From positions 67 through 64,066 of the forward strand of contig CAWKCZ010000003.1 in NCBI GenBank assembly GCA_963848285.1: DNA of 64,000 bases. Reading direction: 5' to 3'. Each line of letters opens with the position of its first letter. The stretch's first letter is position 1. This document shows, piece after piece, positions 11,828-24,578 of the stretch. A model generated the notes under the pieces. That model saw only the letters and a list, made by a program, of their open reading frames with translations. It ran no database searches and was not told the origin of the DNA. Position numbers and translations under genes: made by a program. Source of the stretch: an uncultured delta proteobacterium. Its GTDB lineage: Bacteria > Desulfobacterota > Binatia > Binatales > Binataceae.

Positions 11828-12649
11828 TTACGGTCGTTGGCGCGAGGCGACTACTTTGAACGCCAGCTCCGGAAAATCGCCGATGATGCCGTCGGCGCCG
11901 AGGTCGAGCAGCGCGCGCATTTCGGCTTCCTCGTTGATGGTCCAGTAGTGGACCTCGAGGCCGTGCCGATGCGCAAATGCGAGGAATTCGGGGGTCGCTA
12001 ATTTGAAGGAATAGTACTCGGTCGGAGGCTGCAACGCCTCGCCGGGCGGGTGGTAAGTATCGTCGTTGGCGGCCATCGCCTGCAGGAATGCCGCTCCTTC
12101 CTGCAATCCGAGGACGGTCGGAGCTTGCGGCGCGAGCGCGCGGATTTCGTCGATTCGATTCTGGAACTCGCTCGCCAGCATGACCCGCCGTCGCATCTTC
12201 GCGGCATCGATTACCTTGATCGCTCTTTCGGTCAGGCTCACGTCCTCGGGCTTGAAGTCGATGTTGAAAATCGCTTTCGGGAAAGCCGTCAGCACCTCGG
12301 CGAGGAGCGGGACGCGGATGCCTTTACCGCGAAACGGAAAATCCTTGCCGTTGGGCGAGAACGTGTAACCTGCGTCGTACTTCGCGAGGTCGGCATAATC
12401 CATGTCCTTGATCACGCCGGGCTTGCCGCTGACCAGTTCCAGATCCGGCTCGTGCGAGGTGACGATCTCGCCGTCGCGCGTCATGTGGATGTCGGTTTCG
12501 AGGTAAAGCACGCCCAAGTCGACGGCTGCCTGAAACGATACCATCGTGTTTTCGGGATGAGTTCCGGAGGCGCCGCGATGGCCGAAGACGCGCGGCAACG
12601 GAGAGCTGAAGAAATCGGTGTCGAGATTTGCGCGCATCGCCCACTCCAC
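11828..12649 (-). CDS. Glycerophosphodiester phosphodiesterase
   Basis: HRGASGTHPENT, ETDIHMTRDG, WTINE...GADGIIGDFP. Confidence 0.9.
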   Translation of the reverse strand: MEWAMRANLDTDFFSSPLPRVFGHRGASGTHPENTMVSFQAAVDLGVLYLETDIHMTRDGEIVTSHEPDLELVSGKPGVIKDMDYADLAKYDAGYTFSPNGKDFPFRGKGIRVPLLAEVLTAFPKAIFNIDFKPEDVSLTERAIKVIDAAKMRRRVMLASEFQNRIDEIRALAPQAPTVLGLQEGAAFLQAMAANDDTYHPPGEALQPPTEYYSFKLATPEFLAFAHRHGLEVHYWTINEEAEMRALLDLGADGIIGDFPELAFKVVASRQRP

Positions 12650-12655
12650 TCGGAG

Positions 12656-14116
12656 TTAGAAGGTTGATGCGGCTTTATAGACTTGCCCGGCCTCGGACAT
12701 CAACTGATGGCGGCCTCGATGCGCCGAAGTTTTCAGATGCGGCGTCAGCGTAACGTGAAACTGGTCGGCCAGCTTCGAGATCGCGGGCTTGCGATCGATC
12801 GCGGCGGCGAAATGGCTGCCCAGGTTGGGCAACTTCGCGAGCGCGCCCTGGTAGCGGGTCTTGAGATTATCAAACAGCGCCTTCATGCGCGGCGAAATCT
12901 GATGATGCACCCCGAGCGTCTGGGTCAGCGGGTCGACATTGACCCCACGCTTCTCGATTGCGAAATGAAGATGCGGCCCGGTCGAGAGGCCAGTCGAACC
13001 CACCCGCCCGATAATCTCGCCGATGCGGATGTAACTGCCGGGTCGCGCGGTCGGATCGATCTTCGAGAGATGGCCGTAGATGCTGGTGGTGTTGTTGTCG
13101 TGGTTGAGCCGGATGCAGTTGCCGAGTTCGCCGCACCATCCGGAGGTTTCAATGCGGCCGTCGGCAATTGCTTTCACCGGCGTGCCATATTGCGCGGCGA
13201 GGTCCACCCCAAGATGCGGACGGTATTGATGAAGGATCGGATGGTAACGATGCAAGCGTGAACGACGATGAGATGTACTGGAAATTGACCGGGAAGCTTG
13301 AGGAACTGAGGACCGAGTGCATGCCCCTCTTCGTCGTAGAGATGCGCTCGGCCATGCTCGTCGCGAAACGCAAACGCCTTGACGGTATGGGTGCCGTGCC
13401 GAATTTCCGCAGCCTCGACATCGCCCGGCAATCGATGGACACCGTCGCGACTGATGCGCTCATCGTAAATCAGCTTTACCGCCGTCCCGGCCGCCACCTG
13501 ATCGAGGTCGTACCGGCCGGAAAACGCGTCCTCGATGGAATCGACGATCGGCTGCGGAAGTGCTGCTTGTGGCGCAGCATCGCGGAAGCTGTTGCCGTGT
13601 AGCTCGAACGCGAGGCTGACAGGGCGCACGGTGTAATTGATCGGCTGCCGATACGCCTTGACGATGCCGGCGCCGAGCGTCGATTCGTAGATCTGATACC
13701 CGATCGTCGACGTCGTATTTGAATCCGGTCACCGCACCGGTTTCGGAATCTTTATAGATGGTAATCGGGTGGCCTTTGCGAAGCAGGTTGGTCTGCGCGA
13801 CGCTCTGAAAGTAGGTCGCCCACGAATGCGCATCCTGCCGGCTGAGGCCAGCCTGCACGAGGTAGCGTTCGATGTTGGCGGTGCGTTCGAGGTCGGTTTG
13901 GATTGCTATCGGAGGCGGAGCGGGGTCGATCGAGTCAACATTCTCGAGGTAGGCATCGACATCGGAAGTTCCGGCGGCGATCAGGGCGTCATCTGCGCCC
14001 GGCGGGGCGCCGGTTCCCCAAAACATATGCAGCGCGGCCACAGTTGCAAAAAGCGCAACTGCGAGTGCGACCAGCGCACGCGGACGGATTAATCCAGACG
14101 CTCCCCGAAGCCCCAT
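12656..14116 (-). CDS. M23 family metallopeptidase, MepM-like (frameshifted)
   Basis: N-terminal TM; HLGVD, YGHL, STGLSTGPHLHF. Confidence 0.85.
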
Positions 14117-14234
14117 CGGTGCGAACCTTAAGCGATTTGAGAAATGCTGGCAAGGATTTGAATGATCATTTACTAACTGCACCTCGCTGGTATTGTTCAC
14201 AAGCCGGAGTGGGATAGCATGGCGCGTACCACTC

Positions 14235-14654
14235 ATGGCGATCGCTGCTTTGGATTTAGGTGCGCGTCGAATCGGGGTTGCGGTAACCGATGCGGAAAAC
14301 CACTCCGCCCATCCTCTGCGCACCCTCGAAAGGCGCTCGTTCAGCGCCGACTTGGAGGCCATCCGACACACATTCGGAGACCGTGTAATAGAGTGCCTTG
14401 TTATCGGGCTGCCGGTCAACATGGACGGATCCGAGGGCCCAATGGCGCGCCATGCTCGCAATTTCGGCGCGCGCCTCGCCGAAGCCCTGGGCGTCGAGGT
14501 GAAGTTTCAGGATGAGCGCCTGTCCAGCTTCGAAGCGGAAAACCGCCTCGGTCATTCGGTGCGTCGAGGCAAAAGGAAACCCGCCATGGATGCGGTCGCG
14601 GCCGTCGTCATCCTCGAAAGCTATCTCGCCGCCAATCCTGTCGCATCGAAATAA
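14235..14654 (+). CDS. ruvX: YqgF/RuvX RNase H-like nuclease
   Basis: LDLGARRIGVA, GLPVNMDG, DERLSS, DAVAAVVIL. Confidence 0.92.
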   Translation: MAIAALDLGARRIGVAVTDAENHSAHPLRTLERRSFSADLEAIRHTFGDRVIECLVIGLPVNMDGSEGPMARHARNFGARLAEALGVEVKFQDERLSSFEAENRLGHSVRRGKRKPAMDAVAAVVILESYLAANPVASK

Positions 14655-14720
14655 GTGGTAAGACCTCGGACAGGCTGTAAGCGCGAGGGCGTCCAACTAT
14701 GATGATCCTCAGGCCGCTGA

Positions 14721-15770
14721 ATGGGGAACAACTCGGTTCGTCTCGCAAGCTCGATTGTCGGCGTGATTATCCTCGCCGGAGTGGCGGCGTGGTTTTATCT
14801 TTGGGTCTCGCCTCCGCCGATGCTCGCACCACCCGCGCAGGTCTCGATCGAAAAGGGCGAATCGTTCCGTTCCGTCGCGCGACGGCTCAAGGATGCGGGC
14901 GTCGTGCGAAGCTCCACCGCCTTGCTCATCTATGGCGAATTGACCGGCAAAGCCCGCCGCATCCAGCCCGGCGATTATGAATTCAAGGGCGGCGAGCGCA
15001 TCCCCGAGGTGATGCGACATCTGGTCAATGGCGATTTCGTATCGATCGTCGTCACGATTCCCGAAGGACTCACGGTTCATCAAATTGCCGAGCGCCTCGC
15101 GATGACCGGCCTCATCTGCCAGCCAGAATTCGAAGCATGCCGCGCACGATGGCCCGCTCATCAAGGCGCTCGGGACTGCTGCCGCTCGGCGCCGAGGGAT
15201 ATCTGTTTCCCGCGACTTACAAATTTTCGCCGCGCGCGAAGGTCAAAGATGTCCTGAGCGCGATGCTGATGCGGTTTTTCCAGGTGCTGACGCCGCAGGC
15301 CGAGAAGCGAATGTTTCAGCTCGGGCTGACGCCGCGCGAACTGGTCACGATGGCATCGATCATCGAGAAGGAAGCCAAGGTGGCGGGCGAGCGCCCAGCT
15401 CATCGCGAGCGTTTTTTACAACCGCATTGCGGCTCGGAATGCCGCTTCAATCTGACCCCACTGCTGAGTATAGTTTCGAGGGAGAGAGTGAGTCTGCGGC
15501 AGCCGCGGTGCGGGTCCCATCAACCTTCAATACTTATTCGTTCGCGGGGCTTCCGCCGGGACCGATTGCGAATCCGGGGCAGAAATCGATCGAGGCCGCG
15601 CTTTATCCAGCGAAAAGCGATTACCTGTACTTTGTCGCGCGCGATGACGGCACACACGTGTTTTCCAAATCCTACCAGGAGCATCAGAAAGGCGATCGCG
15701 ATGCTGCGCAAAACCGTATGGCATGATGCCGCGAAACCATCGCGCCGCAGCGCCCGTCGTGAGATAAGAT
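14721..15770 (+). CDS. mltG: Endolytic transglycosylase MltG (frameshifted; end approximate)
   Basis: TIPEG, EGYLFPATY, ASIIEKE, LQSDPT, GLPPGPIANPG, YLYFVA. Confidence 0.9.
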
Positions 15771-15775
15771 CAGCG

Positions 15776-17339
15776 TGGCCATCAATCCTGTCGAACTGAT
15801 CTCCGCGCGCGCACCCGAATTGCCCGCATCGCCGCCATCGAGGCGTCGAGCCTATTTCCTCGCACCCGCGCTGACCGCGCTCGCCTGGCGGCACTGCTTC
15901 CGGTGATCGGCGCGATCACCTGGGAGCGGATGGGCTATTTCATGTCCGCCGGATATGATGGCGGATGCGCGCCTCGCGCTGATGGTTGCAGGCGGCATCG
16001 CTCATTCTGTTGATTGGCGCGGTTCTCGGCATGGCGCGCATATTGCGGCTTCCGATGACTTCATCGGCGCGGCGATCCACGTCGATGCGCGTGTCCATGC
16101 GAACGAGCAGGTGGTAACCCTCGCGACGCTGGCCAATCCCGCGGCTCCCGAGGTTCCCGCAACTTCGCGCTCGCCGCTGTTCCCGGTGCTATGGCGCAAT
16201 GTGACTCGCAGCGCTGAGCGCATTCGATCCCGATAAGGAATTCGTCCTCGAGCTCGGCGACCCGATCAAAGAGTCGTGGCTTCCAACCGCGGTCATTTTC
16301 GATCGCTCGGCATCGTCGCGATGCTGGCGCTCATTCGGATGCCTACGCCGCTGGAGCAGACCGCCATCGAATTGCGCAAGTTGGCCAACAAGATCGACGC
16401 CTCGGCAAAGACTCGCCGACGACAAGCAGCTTGCGGAGAAGATCAAGAAGGTCGCCCTCAACCTGACCAATCCGAAAGATGACGCCCGAGGAAAAAAAGA
16501 AGGAGCTCGACGAGGTCCTCGCCGAAGTCGAGAAGAAGGAAGCCAAGGTCCGGCGACCAGATCGGCGCTGCCACCGGCACCAGCAGGGCTCGTCGGGTAG
16601 CGGGAGATCGTCGTCATCGAGCGCGTCGGGCGGCAGCGAGGGCAAGGGCGAGGGCGGCCAGAGCCAGGGCCAGGGCAAGGGTAGCGGAAAAGGCGAAGGA
16701 AAAGGCGGGAGCGGAAACTCGCAGAGCAAGAGGGCGGCAAGAAAAACGGCCAGAAAAATGGCCGGCACCGCCGACAGCATCGAGCTGAAAAACGAACTCG
16801 CCAAGGCGCAGGCGCAGGTCCAGACCGAGGACCTCGCGGCCAATCAGATCGCCCAACAAACCCGCGCCCGAATGCGAAAACTGCGCAGGCGCCGCAGCCC
16901 GGCAACAATCCCAATCAGCAGGGCGGCAGCACCAAAAATCCCGAATCAGAAGGGCAGCGCGCCGATGCCGGTTCCTCAGGCCGGCAACAATGCCGCAAAC
17001 CAAGATGCCGTAATGGCCAGGGTCCCGAAGCCGAATACCAGGCGGCACCGGCGGCGATACGCATCTCGGCGAGTTTCCGACTGCGGCGAATTATGAGCGA
17101 TTTCTCAAACCCGGCGAAAAGGGCTCGGGCACTGCAATCTTAATGATGCGCGCTACGTAGTTTTCAAAATTCCGTCCGGCGCCCACTTCCGAGTGGCGAA
17201 GGAAAAACTGTAATCGACACCGAGCGGCCTAAGGCCACCACCGCGTACACCAACGCGCCACTGGCACCGACCGTCCGATACCGCGCCTCCCGATGAGAGG
17301 CAGTTGGTGCCGCCGCGCTATCGCGAGTTGATTCGATAA
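15776..17339 (+). CDS. MoxR-operon membrane protein with coiled coil and Gly/Gln/Lys-rich linker (heavily frameshifted)
   Basis: TM segments, GQSQGQGKGSGKGEGKGG low-complexity region, C-terminal VPPRYRELIR; directly upstream of MoxR. Confidence 0.55.
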
Positions 17340-17381
17340 CCGCGTGCGCGCAATCGCAATTGCGAAAGTAGAGGAGAACGG

Positions 17382-18410
17382 ATGGGAGCGGCTCCGAAAG
17401 CATCGCCCGACCAACGCGTCGCGGAATTTCAGCAGCGTCTTTGCGCGCGCCGAGGAAGAAGTCGGCAAAGTAATCGTCGGCCATCGCGAGGTGGTGCGAA
17501 AGCTTCTCACCGCGCTCTTCGCCGGTGGCCATATTCTGATCGAAGGCGTTCCCGGCCTGGGCAAAACGCTGATGGTCAAAACCGCCAGCGAGGTGCTCGG
17601 GCTGAGTTTCAAGCGCATCCAGTTCACCCCCGACCTGATGCCCGCCGACATCATCGGCACCCAGGTCCTGACCGAGGCGAACGGGCGCCGCGAGTTCGTC
17701 TTCAAGCCCGGCCCTATTTTCGCGCACATGGTGCTCGGCGACGAAATCAATCGCGCGACGCCGAAAACGCAATCGGCCGTCCTCGAAGCGATGGAGGAGC
17801 GCCAGGTTACGGTGTTCGGCGAAACCTATCGTCTCGATCCGCCGTACATCGTGATGGCCACGCAAAATCCCATCGAGCTCGAGGGCACCTATCCGCTGCC
17901 CGAAGCGCAGATGGATCGCTTCCTGTTCAAGGTCGTAATCGGATCGCCCAAGCCCGACGAGCTGCGCGAGATTATGCATCGCACCACCGGCGCGCATAGC
18001 TACAAGGTCCAGCCGAACTTCGACTCGATCGATGCCTCCATCAAAATCGAAGAGCTCAAGCAACTCGCACGCGAGGTTATCGTGGGCGAACCGATCGAGC
18101 GCTACATCATCTCGATCATCACCGCATGCACGCCGGGCAGTTCCGGTGCGACGCCTGAAATAACGCAGTACCTGCGCTTCGGCCCCAGTCCGCGCGGCGC
18201 GCAGGCGCTGATTCTCGGCGGCAAGGTCAATGCGCTCCTCGCCGGGCGTGGGTAGCGTGAGTTACGAGGATATCGACGACAACGTTGTTCCCGCGTTGCG
18301 CCATCGCCTGCTGCGCAACTTCCAGGCTGAGGCAGAAGACATCTCGCACCGAGCAACTCCTCGAGCAGGTGACGAAGAAGATCAAGCGTCCCACCACCTC
18401 GCGCAGTTAA
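17382..18410 (+). CDS. MoxR family AAA+ ATPase
   Basis: GVPGLGKT, RIQFTPDLMPADI, DEINRATPKTQSA, ATQNPIE.EGTYPLPEAQMDRF. Confidence 0.95.
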
Positions 18411-18499
18411 GGAAAGGGTTCGGTCATTCCGGTTACGGACTCCATGAACAGAGTCTCGAAGCGCATTTTTGTGATGAAACTTCGCCGCGATGTCTCGAT

Positions 18500-18570
18500 C
18501 GAGACACGAAGTGGGCGCGCAGCGCCGCGACGGAGTCGCACCCGAGGCGCAGCGCAGCGTAGTCGAGGGG
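18500..18570 (+). repeat. Intergenic repeat family D, copy 1
   Basis: GAGGCGCAGCGCAGCGTAGTCGA core; related inverted copy at 36945-37015. Confidence 0.6.
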
Positions 18571-18577
18571 AAGTCTA

Positions 18578-19480
18578 GTGTTCGGATTACCCGACGAGTT
18601 CACGCCGACCTTCCTCGGACGGCTGGAAGAGTTGCGCATCAAAACGCGCCGCCAGTATCGCGGGTATGGGCCGCGGGCAGCATCTGTCGCCCAAGCGCGG
18701 CTCCTCGCTGGAGTGGAGCGACTATCGGCATTACTCGGTCGGCGACGATTTCCGCTACATCGACTGGGGAATGTACGCGCGCACCGACAAGCTCTACATC
18801 AAGCTGTTCAAGGAAGAAGAGGACCTGCTCACGTACATCTTCCTCGATGCGAGCGCGTCGATGGGATTTCCCGCCGCCGATAAAAAATTCGATCGCGCCG
18901 TCGCGACCGCATTGGCGATCGCATACGTGGCGTTGGCTTCCGGCGATCGCGTGATGATTCGGGTGCTGGCCGGCGCGGGCTCCGGCCCGCCTGCCGAGCT
19001 TCGTGATCGGGACGCCATCGCATGGTCGAGTTGGCGCAGCGTCTCAAGACGGTGAAGCCGAGCGGCCAGACCGATTTCGCTTCGGAGCTGGCGCGCTACC
19101 TGGTCGGACTTCGGCGCGCGGGAAAAGTCTTCGTCATCTCGGATTTTCTGATGATGCCGAAATTCGTGACGCGCGGGCTGGGTCTGTTCAGCGCGGCCAC
19201 CATGGACGTCACCGCGGTCCAAATCCTCGGCGGCCGCGAGATATCCGGCCAGGGACTCGAGGGCGACGTCGAGGTCGTCGATGCGGAGACGGGCGAAGCG
19301 GTGCGCGTGTCGATCGGCAATCGCGAGCGCGAACAATATCGCACCACGCTGATGCGGCTTTCGCGCGAGATCCGGGCATTCTGCCTCAAGCGCGGGATGC
19401 ACTATGCGTTGTACACGACCGACCACGACTTCCACGAATTTTTCCTGAAAGCGGTCGCCGACCTGGGCCTCGCAAAGTAA
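18578..19480 (+). CDS. DUF58 protein (frameshifted)
   Basis: EWSDYRHYSVGDDFRYIDW...R, FLDASASM, VISDFL. Confidence 0.9.
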
Positions 19481-19947
19481 TGCGCAATCTACTCCTCCGT
19501 ATATTCCCTCCCCCATTGATTGGGGGAGGTGTCCCGGCGCAGTTCGTGCGATGTCTGAGAGCACGAATTGTGACGGGACGGAGAGGGTCCTTAGCTCCGG
19601 ATTCTGCTCTGCCGCGCCCCGCAATCTATCTCGACGCTCCCCGCATTCGCACGACGAGGGCGATATCGACCATTTGTGGACATTCGCCGGACCAGAATCC
19701 GGCGACGTCTCAAGCGCGGAATGCATTATGCGTACACGACCGACCGCGACTTCCACGAATTTTTCCTGAAGGCGGTCGCCGACCTGGGCCTCGCAAAGTA
19801 ATGCGCAATCTACTCCTCCGTGATATTCCCTCCCCCATTGATTGGGGGAGGTGTCCCGGCGCAGTTCGTGCGATGTCTGCGAGCACGAATTGTGACGGGC
19901 CGGAGAGGGTCCTCAGCTCCGGATTCTGCTCTGCCGCGCTCCGCAAT
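19385..19947 (+). repeat. Tandem duplication (period 321 bp) of the DUF58 3' end plus downstream repeat
   Basis: ...GACCTGGGCCTCGCAAAGTAATGCGCAATCTACTCC... occurs twice, with stop codons ending at 19480 and 19801. Confidence 0.85.
19506..19614 (+). repeat. ~110-bp structured repeat family A, copy 1
   Basis: CCCTCCCCCATTGATTGGGGGAGG...GGAGAGGG..CT.AGCTCCGGATTCTG. Confidence 0.85.
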
Positions 19948-20116
19948 CGATCGGTGACCACCCGCATTCTCTTGCCGAGACCTCAGCGCGAAGCGCTGGC
20001 AGAACAGAGCCGGACCAGAATCCGGAGCTAAGGTCCCTCTCCGGTTCGTCACAATTTTCGTTCGCAGCCACCACGAAAATCGCGCCGAACCACCTCTCCC
20101 GATCAACGGGGGAGGG
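19828..20116. repeat. Family A inverted pair (19828-19936 on +, ~20010-20116 on -)
   Basis: Reverse complement of 20010-20116 reads CCCTCCCCCGTTGATCGGGAGAGG...GGAGAGGGACCTTAGCTCCGGATTCTG. Confidence 0.85.
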
Positions 20117-20150
20117 ACCAGACCAGGACCGGAGCGGCGAGGCACCCACA

Positions 20151-21963
20151 ATGGGTCTCCTGAACCCCGGCGCGCTCATCTTCTTCGCGATCGTGCCGGC
20201 GCTCGCAATCGCCTACCTCGTGCGCGAGCGCGCGCGGCGCGTCACGGTTTCCAGCGTGCTCGCATTTCGCGCCCTCCATGCGATGCGCAAGGAACGCTTC
20301 GGCGGCTTGCCAAAATTCGACTGGACGTTCTTCGTCGAGTTGCTCATCCTCAGCTCTCGCCGTCCTCGCGATGGCGCGGCCGTATCTGATTCGGCACGGC
20401 AATCCGATCGCTATCGTGCTGGATAATTCCGCCGCGATGCAGGCCCGCGCGCGCGATGGCGAAAACCCGCTTCGAGCAGGCGCCAAGGAAACCGATGCGA
20501 TGCTCTCCAACAGCGACGCGACCACGGTGGCGCTATATCTCACCACGCCCCATCCGCATCAGGTGAACGGCGCGCCGATGTCGCCCACCGATGCGCATGT
20601 TTCAAATCGCCGAGGCAAAACGCCTCCGATGCGCCGGGCGATCCAGCTGCGATCACCAACCTGCTCGGCGAACTGTCGTCGAGCGGGCGCGTGAGCAAGG
20701 TGATCTTCGCGAGTTCGCGCCGCTCGCGCCGCCAGCGCCACCGCGCATCAATGCGATCACGGTCGGCGATCCGATCGATAACTTCGCGATCGGATCATTC
20801 ACGCTGCGCCGCGAAACCTTCGGCGCCGAGGCGCTTCATGCGCGGCTCACGGTCGCGAATTTTTCGCCGCAAGCCGCTCAAATCGCCGTGACTGTCAGTG
20901 GCGATGACAAGCCGCTCGGTACCGCGAAAACCAGCCTCGGCCCTCGCGAAACCGGCGTCGTCGAGTTTCCCTCGCTGGGCCCGGCGAAGATTTACAAGGC
21001 CGAGCTCACTCCGAGCGATGGCTTTCCACTCGATAACATCGCTTACGCAACCGCCGGGTTCGGTGAAATCGGTGTCGATACTTTTCGTCAGTCCGCATCC
21101 GTGCCGACGCGCAGGGCCTCGACAGTATTCCCGGTGTGACGGTGACGTCCAAATCGCCTGACGCATTCGCGCCCGCCGACTTGAACAATATCGACCTCGC
21201 GATTTTCGAATATCGCCGCGCCCAAGGAGCTTCCCACCGTCAACATCATGCTGGTGATGCCGCCGGCCGGCGATCCGGTGTTCGGCTTCACCACGACCTC
21301 GGTCGCGCCGGTGCAGATCACGCGAGTGGAGTCCCATCGATTCGCTCACCGATGCGGTCAACTTCCGCCTGCTCAACATCCGCGCAGGGCGAGGTTTTCG
21401 GCTCGCATCCGTGGATGGAATCCACCGTGGATGGCGCGGGCGGCGCGTTGCTGCTGCGCGGCGAGCGCCAGGGCCATCGCTTCGTCGCGACCGGCTTCAA
21501 TCCGTTTCCCTATCTCGGCCAGGCGCAACCTCCCGATGTCGATTCTTACCCTCAACATTCTCGGTTACCTCGCGGGCGTGGGCGCCAACTCGGGCGGCTA
21601 TCGGACCGGACAGCCGTGGCTGGTGCCGGCGGGCGTTCACGATGTCGTCGTGCCCTCGGGAAAAAAGATTCCCGCTAAGCCCGGAACGCTTATTCACCGA
21701 GATCGCGGCGCAAGGAATCTACAAACTGATCGGTCCCGGCAGCTCAGGAAACCTTGCGCGCCATAAATCTTGCCGATTTGACGGTTTCGGATTTCGAGAA
21801 CGTGCCGCCGCTGAAAATCGAGTCGGCAAAAACCGCCTCGACGCCCGAACCTGTGAACGAAAAATCGCCCTTGACCGCATATGTCCTCGCCGCGATCCTC
21901 GCGCTGTTGGCTCTGGAAGCGATGCTCCTCTATCGGCGCAAGCGCCTCGCGCTGGAGGCATAG
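20151..21963 (+). CDS. BatA/vWA domain membrane protein (frameshifted)
   Basis: MGLLNPGAL N-terminal BatA-like TMs, LAMARP, IVLDNSAAM MIDAS-like motif, C-terminal LLALE TM. Confidence 0.75.
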
Positions 21964-21969
21964 GCGAGC

Positions 21970-24559
21970 ATGGATGTGCAGCACATCGCCGCGATGCTTC
22001 GCGAGGTCAGCTTCGCGCGACCCGAGGCATTTTACCTATTCGCGATTCCGGCGTGGTACTGTTGTGGTCGCTGATCGGCCTGCGCCGCTTCGGCGGCATC
22101 TTCGCGCGGCTGATGCGCGCGATCGCACTCGCGCTGTTCGTGCTCGCGCTGGCCGGACCCGAGAAAGTCATGCGCAGCGAGGGCGCGACCCGCCCCGCCG
22201 TCATCGATACGTCCGCGAGCATCACGCCCGCGATGCGCGCCTGGGCAATCGACCTGATTGGCAATCAGCTGAAGCTGCGCGGAAGCGATCCGGCGATGCT
22301 GTTCGCCGCCGAAAACCACGCGACCTCGATCAGCGATGCGGTCGCGATCTCAAAAGCGCCGATGGATGCAAGGAGTGCGCGCCGGGCGCAACCAACCTTG
22401 AAAACGCGCTCGGCGCGCTCGCCTCGAATCCCGCGGCCAAGGGCGGCCCCGCGGTGATCGTCACCGACGGATGGCAAAATCGCGGCGATGCGACACGCTC
22501 GATATCCGCGTTGCTGGCGGCCGGGATTCGGCTCTTCATGTTCACGCCGCCCGGCGCAGCATCGGTGCCCAACGTTGCGATGACCGAGCTCGCGCTGCCC
22601 TCGGCGCTGTCGAAATCGGCGCCCTTCGCGCTCGGCGTCACGATGGAAAATCTGAACAGCGCGCCGGTCGCGGGCACTATCGAAATCTATCGCAACGGCA
22701 CCCTGCTCGATCAGCGCAAGGTCAGCCTCAAGCCGGGCGAGGAGCGCTTCGATTTTCCGGTGCAGACCGAAAATGCCGGCCTCGATTCCTACAAAGCTTC
22801 GTTCAAGGCCGACAATCCCGCGCTCGATGCATATGCAGAAGACGATTCGCTACAAGGATGGGTCGGCGTCGGTGCACGAGCGGAAAATTCTCGTGCTGAC
22901 CGACAGTCAGAAGGACGCGAGCTATCTTGAGACCGTGATTCATCGGATGGGACTGGATGCGGTGATCGTCCCGGTCCCCGACGGCCAGTGGAACGGCAGC
23001 CTCAGCCGGTTACGATGCCGTCGATCCTGAACAACCTGCCGCGCGAGCGGCTCTCCGAAGCCGCGCAAAATGCGCTGGTTAGTTATGTCGAGCGCGGTGG
23101 CTCATTGGTGATGACCGGCGGCGACGAAAGTTTCGGCCTCGGCGGATATCAGAACAGTCCGCTGGCGAAGATTATGCCGGTGGTGATGAAGCCGCCGGAG
23201 CATAAGGAGCGCCAGCGCGCGCTGGTCCTGGTCATCGACAAATCGGGCTCGATGAATCGCGACGACAAGCTCAAGTATGCGGTCGCGGCGGCAGAAAAAA
23301 TCCTGACCACGCTGCAAAGACAACGATCTCATCGCGGTGATCGGCTTCGATTCGCAGCCGTTCGTGGTGGTTCCGCTGGAAACCGTCGCGAAGGCGCGGC
23401 CCTACTTCAATGAGATGGTCGAGCGGCTTAAGGCGCAAGGCCGCACCTTTCTGATGCCTGCGATGGAGCAGGCCGAGCGCACGCTGGTCGACAGCGACGC
23501 GCCCATCAAGCACGTGATCGTGCTGTCGGATGGAAAAGTCGGCGGCACGCTGGACATGTACTACAGCCTGGTCGCCTCGATGCATCATGATCTCGGCGCG
23601 AAGCGTTTCGACCATCGCCATCGGCAAGGATGCGGATTTCTCGCTGCTGGAAGGAATTTCCAAATATGGCGGCGGCGGATATTTTCAGACCGATAGCGCG
23701 AAGAATCTGCCGGAAATCTTCGTCGAGGATTTCAAGCAACACGGCGGCGACGTCACCATGGTCGAGACCCAGTTCACGCCACATACGGTCAGCCCCAACC
23801 CGGTGCTGAAAGACTGGGCGGGTCGCCCACTCCCGCCGCTGCTCGGTTACGTGACCACCGAGCTGAAGCCGAAGGCCTCGCTCGATGCCTACGTCGATCG
23901 CCAGGGCCGTCGCGACCCAGTCATCGCGAGCTGGAAGTATGATGCGGGCAAGGCGCTCGCCGTCACCACCGATGCGAGCGGGCGATGGTCCGGGCCGTGG
24001 ATCGCGCGCAACACCTTCACGCCGGTGTGGAATCGGATCCTCGCGTGGATGACGCCCGAGACTGCGAGTGAGCAGAAAATCGACGTCGCGCTCGGATACC
24101 AGGCCGGACGCATCCGCGTGAAGCTGACCGACTACAGCGACTCGCCCGGATTCGGCGCGCATCTGGTGACCGCGACGGTCACGCGCCCCGACGGCAGCAC
24201 GCGCGCAGACTGCGCTCGGCGAAGAAGCGCCGGGCGAACTCGCGGGCGCCATCGATGCGCCGGAGCCCGGCACCTACTACATCGAGGTGAAATCCGCCGA
24301 CAGCAAGGGGACGCCGCTGCCGCCCCTCGCCTATACGGTGAGCCCCTCGGTGAACGCGGAGCTGCCGCGGCCCGAGCCCAACTATGCGTTGCTTGAGCAA
24401 CTGGCCTCGGCGACCGGCGGGCGCCTGAATCCCGCGACCTCGGATCTGGAAATCACGCGCCCCACAATGGAGACGCGCCAACCGTTCGACGGCTATCTCG
24501 TTCTCGCCGCGATGATCATGCTCATCGGCGAGGCGCTGGTGCGGCGGCTTACGGCATGA
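21970..24559 (+). CDS. vWA plus class-I glutamine amidotransferase-like domain membrane protein (frameshifted)
   Basis: IDTSAS, VTDGWQN, GGSLVMTGG..SFGLGGY, LVIDKSGSM, LSDG, LASATGGR. Confidence 0.8.
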
Positions 24560-24578
24560 CCGATGAAGCATCCACATC

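Noticed and set aside
19385-19801. attL/attR of an integrated element
   Set aside because: No integrase or cargo lies between the copies
19003-20031. 342-aa ORF with internal repeats
   Set aside because: Off-frame read-through of DUF58 into the duplicated non-coding repeat region
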